Notes under the pieces: generated by a model
The model's database searches: none
The model's input: only the letters and a program-made list of their open reading frames with translations
What the model was told of the DNA's origin: nothing
Translations under genes and position numbers: made by a program
Shown here: piece by piece, positions 36,709 through 37,987 of the stretch
How positions within the stretch are numbered: position 1 is the first letter of the stretch
Layout: each line of letters opens with the position of its first letter
Assembly (NCBI GenBank): GCA_964389405.1
Contig: CAYMDS010000002.1
Span: forward strand, 1-37,987
DNA: 37,987 nt
DNA from: an uncultured Gammaproteobacteria bacterium
Lineage (GTDB): Bacteria; Patescibacteriota; Microgenomatia; Levybacterales; UBA12049
Direction of reading: 5' to 3'

Positions 36709-37530
36709 TTAATTGGATCCGGTTAACATTCTGTGAATTTCTTTCAATTTCTCTGATGTCTCCTGAGGTTCACCTTTTATAACTAAAGTCACTCTTGCTA
36801 ATTTTCCTGTTTGGATGAAGCTCACTTTGTCAAATCCATACTTCTTTTCTATCTCTTGAGCCATAGCATCCTGTTCGGGAACATACATTACGTCTTTAGA
36901 TGCTTGAGGTTCTCTTTGTTGGATTTCTCCTTTTACTTTTCTAGCAATTTCTTCTGTCTGACGAACAGAACTGTTGTCACGAAGTATTCTTTTAAAAACC
37001 TCAAGCATCAACCTAGGATCACCCAACGAAATAAGAGGACGGACATGTCCTTCGGTAATTACTCCTGCTACTAAAGCATCTTTTATAGCATCAGGCAAAG
37101 ATAATAATCTTATAGTATTTGAGACTGTAGGTGCACTTTTTCCCACCCTTTTTGCCACCTCATTTGTGCCCAAACCAAATTCATCAATCAAACGCTTATA
37201 GGCCAAAGCGCGCTCAATTGGGTTTAAGTCCTCCCGTTGCACATTCTCGACAATTGCCATTTCCAGCATGCCTTGAGGGGTTGTTTTTCTGACTACCACA
37301 GGTATTTTACTTAGTCCTGCCAACTTAGCAGCCCTCCATCTTCTTTCACCCGCAATTATTTGATATCCAGCAGGAGTCTCAGCAATTACTAAAGGCTCAA
37401 GGATCCCTTGTTCTTTTATAGACTCCACCAGATCACTAAGTGACTCCGGGGTTATAACTCCTCGAGGCTGAAGCGGATTAGACTGAAGCTGATTAATTTC
37501 AAGCTCGTAAATCTGATCTATATTATTCAT
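36709..37530 (-). CDS. parB: ParB/Spo0J chromosome partitioning protein
   Basis: It has LQPRG, EPLVI, the GERRWRAAKLAGL (ParB box) motif and the HTH region VAKRVGKSAPTVSNTIRLL. I prefer the MNNIDQ start (37530), which overlaps the rpmA stop by 8 nt; the ORF-track start is 37557. Confidence 0.88.
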   Translation of the reverse strand: MNNIDQIYELEINQLQSNPLQPRGVITPESLSDLVESIKEQGILEPLVIAETPAGYQIIAGERRWRAAKLAGLSKIPVVVRKTTPQGMLEMAIVENVQREDLNPIERALAYKRLIDEFGLGTNEVAKRVGKSAPTVSNTIRLLSLPDAIKDALVAGVITEGHVRPLISLGDPRLMLEVFKRILRDNSSVRQTEEIARKVKGEIQQREPQASKDVMYVPEQDAMAQEIEKKYGFDKVSFIQTGKLARVTLVIKGEPQETSEKLKEIHRMLTGSN

Positions 37531-37774
37531 GAAGTACTTCGATAATTTTCTTACCACGTAATGCTTTAAAATGCACTATACCTGGTATCTTTGCGTAAAT
37601 AGTATAGTCGCCACCTATATCCGTCCCGTTTCCTGGGAAAAATTTAGTTCCTTTTTGACGTACTATAATACCGCCAGCCAACACCTTAGCTCCACCATAT
37701 ACTTTAACTCCCAAATATTTTGGACGCGAATCTCTATTACCTTTTACTGATCCTTGTGCTTTTGTATGTGCCAT
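37523..37774 (-). CDS. rpmA: 50S ribosomal protein L27
   Basis: MAHTKAQGSVKGNRDSRPKYLGVKVYGG...IIVRQKGTKFFPGNG is a canonical L27 sequence. There is no N-terminal propeptide. Confidence 0.95.
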   Translation of the reverse strand: MAHTKAQGSVKGNRDSRPKYLGVKVYGGAKVLAGGIIVRQKGTKFFPGNGTDIGGDYTIYAKIPGIVHFKALRGKKIIEVLHE

Positions 37775-37817
37775 AATTGCTAAAAATATCAGAAAACCTC
37801 AGTGAAAAATTTCCTTC

Positions 37818-37846
37818 ATATTACGGTAATTTTTCACACATGTCAA
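37818..37846 (-). promoter_or_regulatory. Sigma70-like internal promoter upstream of rpmA-parB
   Basis: On the minus strand: TTGACA (reverse complement of 37841-37846), a 17-nt spacer and TAATAT (reverse complement of 37818-37823). It sits between the rplU stop and the rpmA start. Confidence 0.55.
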
Positions 37847-37847
37847 G

Positions 37848-37987
37848 CTATCGTGTTTTTTCAGATTTTGAAGATATATTTTCACTTTTTGGGGTTTTAA
37901 CCATGATTTCATCTATTTTTAACCTAGTAAGGCTTTGTCTATGGCCTGTTACCCTTCTGTATCTGGCTTTTGCTTTAAATTTAGCCA
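37848..37987 (-). CDS. rplU: 50S ribosomal protein L21, C-terminal part (5' end outside window)
   Basis: The minus-strand frame reads AKFKAKARYRRVTGHRQSLTRLKIDEI..., matching the conserved L21 C-terminus (KFxxKxxYxRxxGHRQ). It carries a Lys/Ser-rich tail and ends in a TAG stop at 37848-37850. Confidence 0.8.
   Translation of the reverse strand, partial: AKFKAKARYRRVTGHRQSLTRLKIDEIMVKTPKSENISSKSEKTR

Overview
This is a compact, AT-rich, gene-dense bacterial chromosome segment. TGA is used as a stop at overlapping ATGA junctions, so the standard code applies. Gene content and style look like a small-genome Patescibacteria/CPR-type organism; that placement is inference only.

Left to right:
- A truncated PolX/PHP gene, then lemA, htpX and an HD hydrolase.
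- A plus-strand block joining murT-gatD (peptidoglycan iso-glutamate amidation) to gatC, a histidine phosphatase, gatA and gatB, followed by dnaE.
- A complete F-type ATP synthase operon, atpB-E-F-(H/A fusion)-G-D-C.
- A convergent methyltransferase and tRNA-Thr(CGU).
- About 16 kb of cell-surface glycan genes: a Wzy_C/O-antigen-ligase-like protein, three GT-C type membrane glycosyltransferases, a Wzx flippase, four GT2, two GT4, a SAM methyltransferase and a secreted Kelch + C39-like peptidase. tRNA-Val(CAC) closes this block.
- lepB, parB, rpmA and the 3' end of rplU.

I found no CRISPR array, transposase, integrase or recognisable defence genes.

The most notable observations:
- A decayed palindromic element of about 67 bp is inserted in-frame in gatB.
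- Non-triplet (7 and 14 bp) tandem repeats sit inside murT, gatD, gatB and a GT4 gene.
- A truncated delta (OSCP) domain is fused to the ATP synthase alpha subunit.
- A histidine phosphatase is translationally coupled inside gatCAB.
- Two GC-rich, probably structured non-coding segments lie next to the two tRNAs; one starts with a tRNA 5'-half look-alike.
- Divergent promoter pairs share one palindromic -35 core.
- The tRNA-flanked glycan island could be a protein O-glycosylation or surface-glycan system.

All calls come from reading the sequence and ORF translations by eye. No database searches or folding computations were run.
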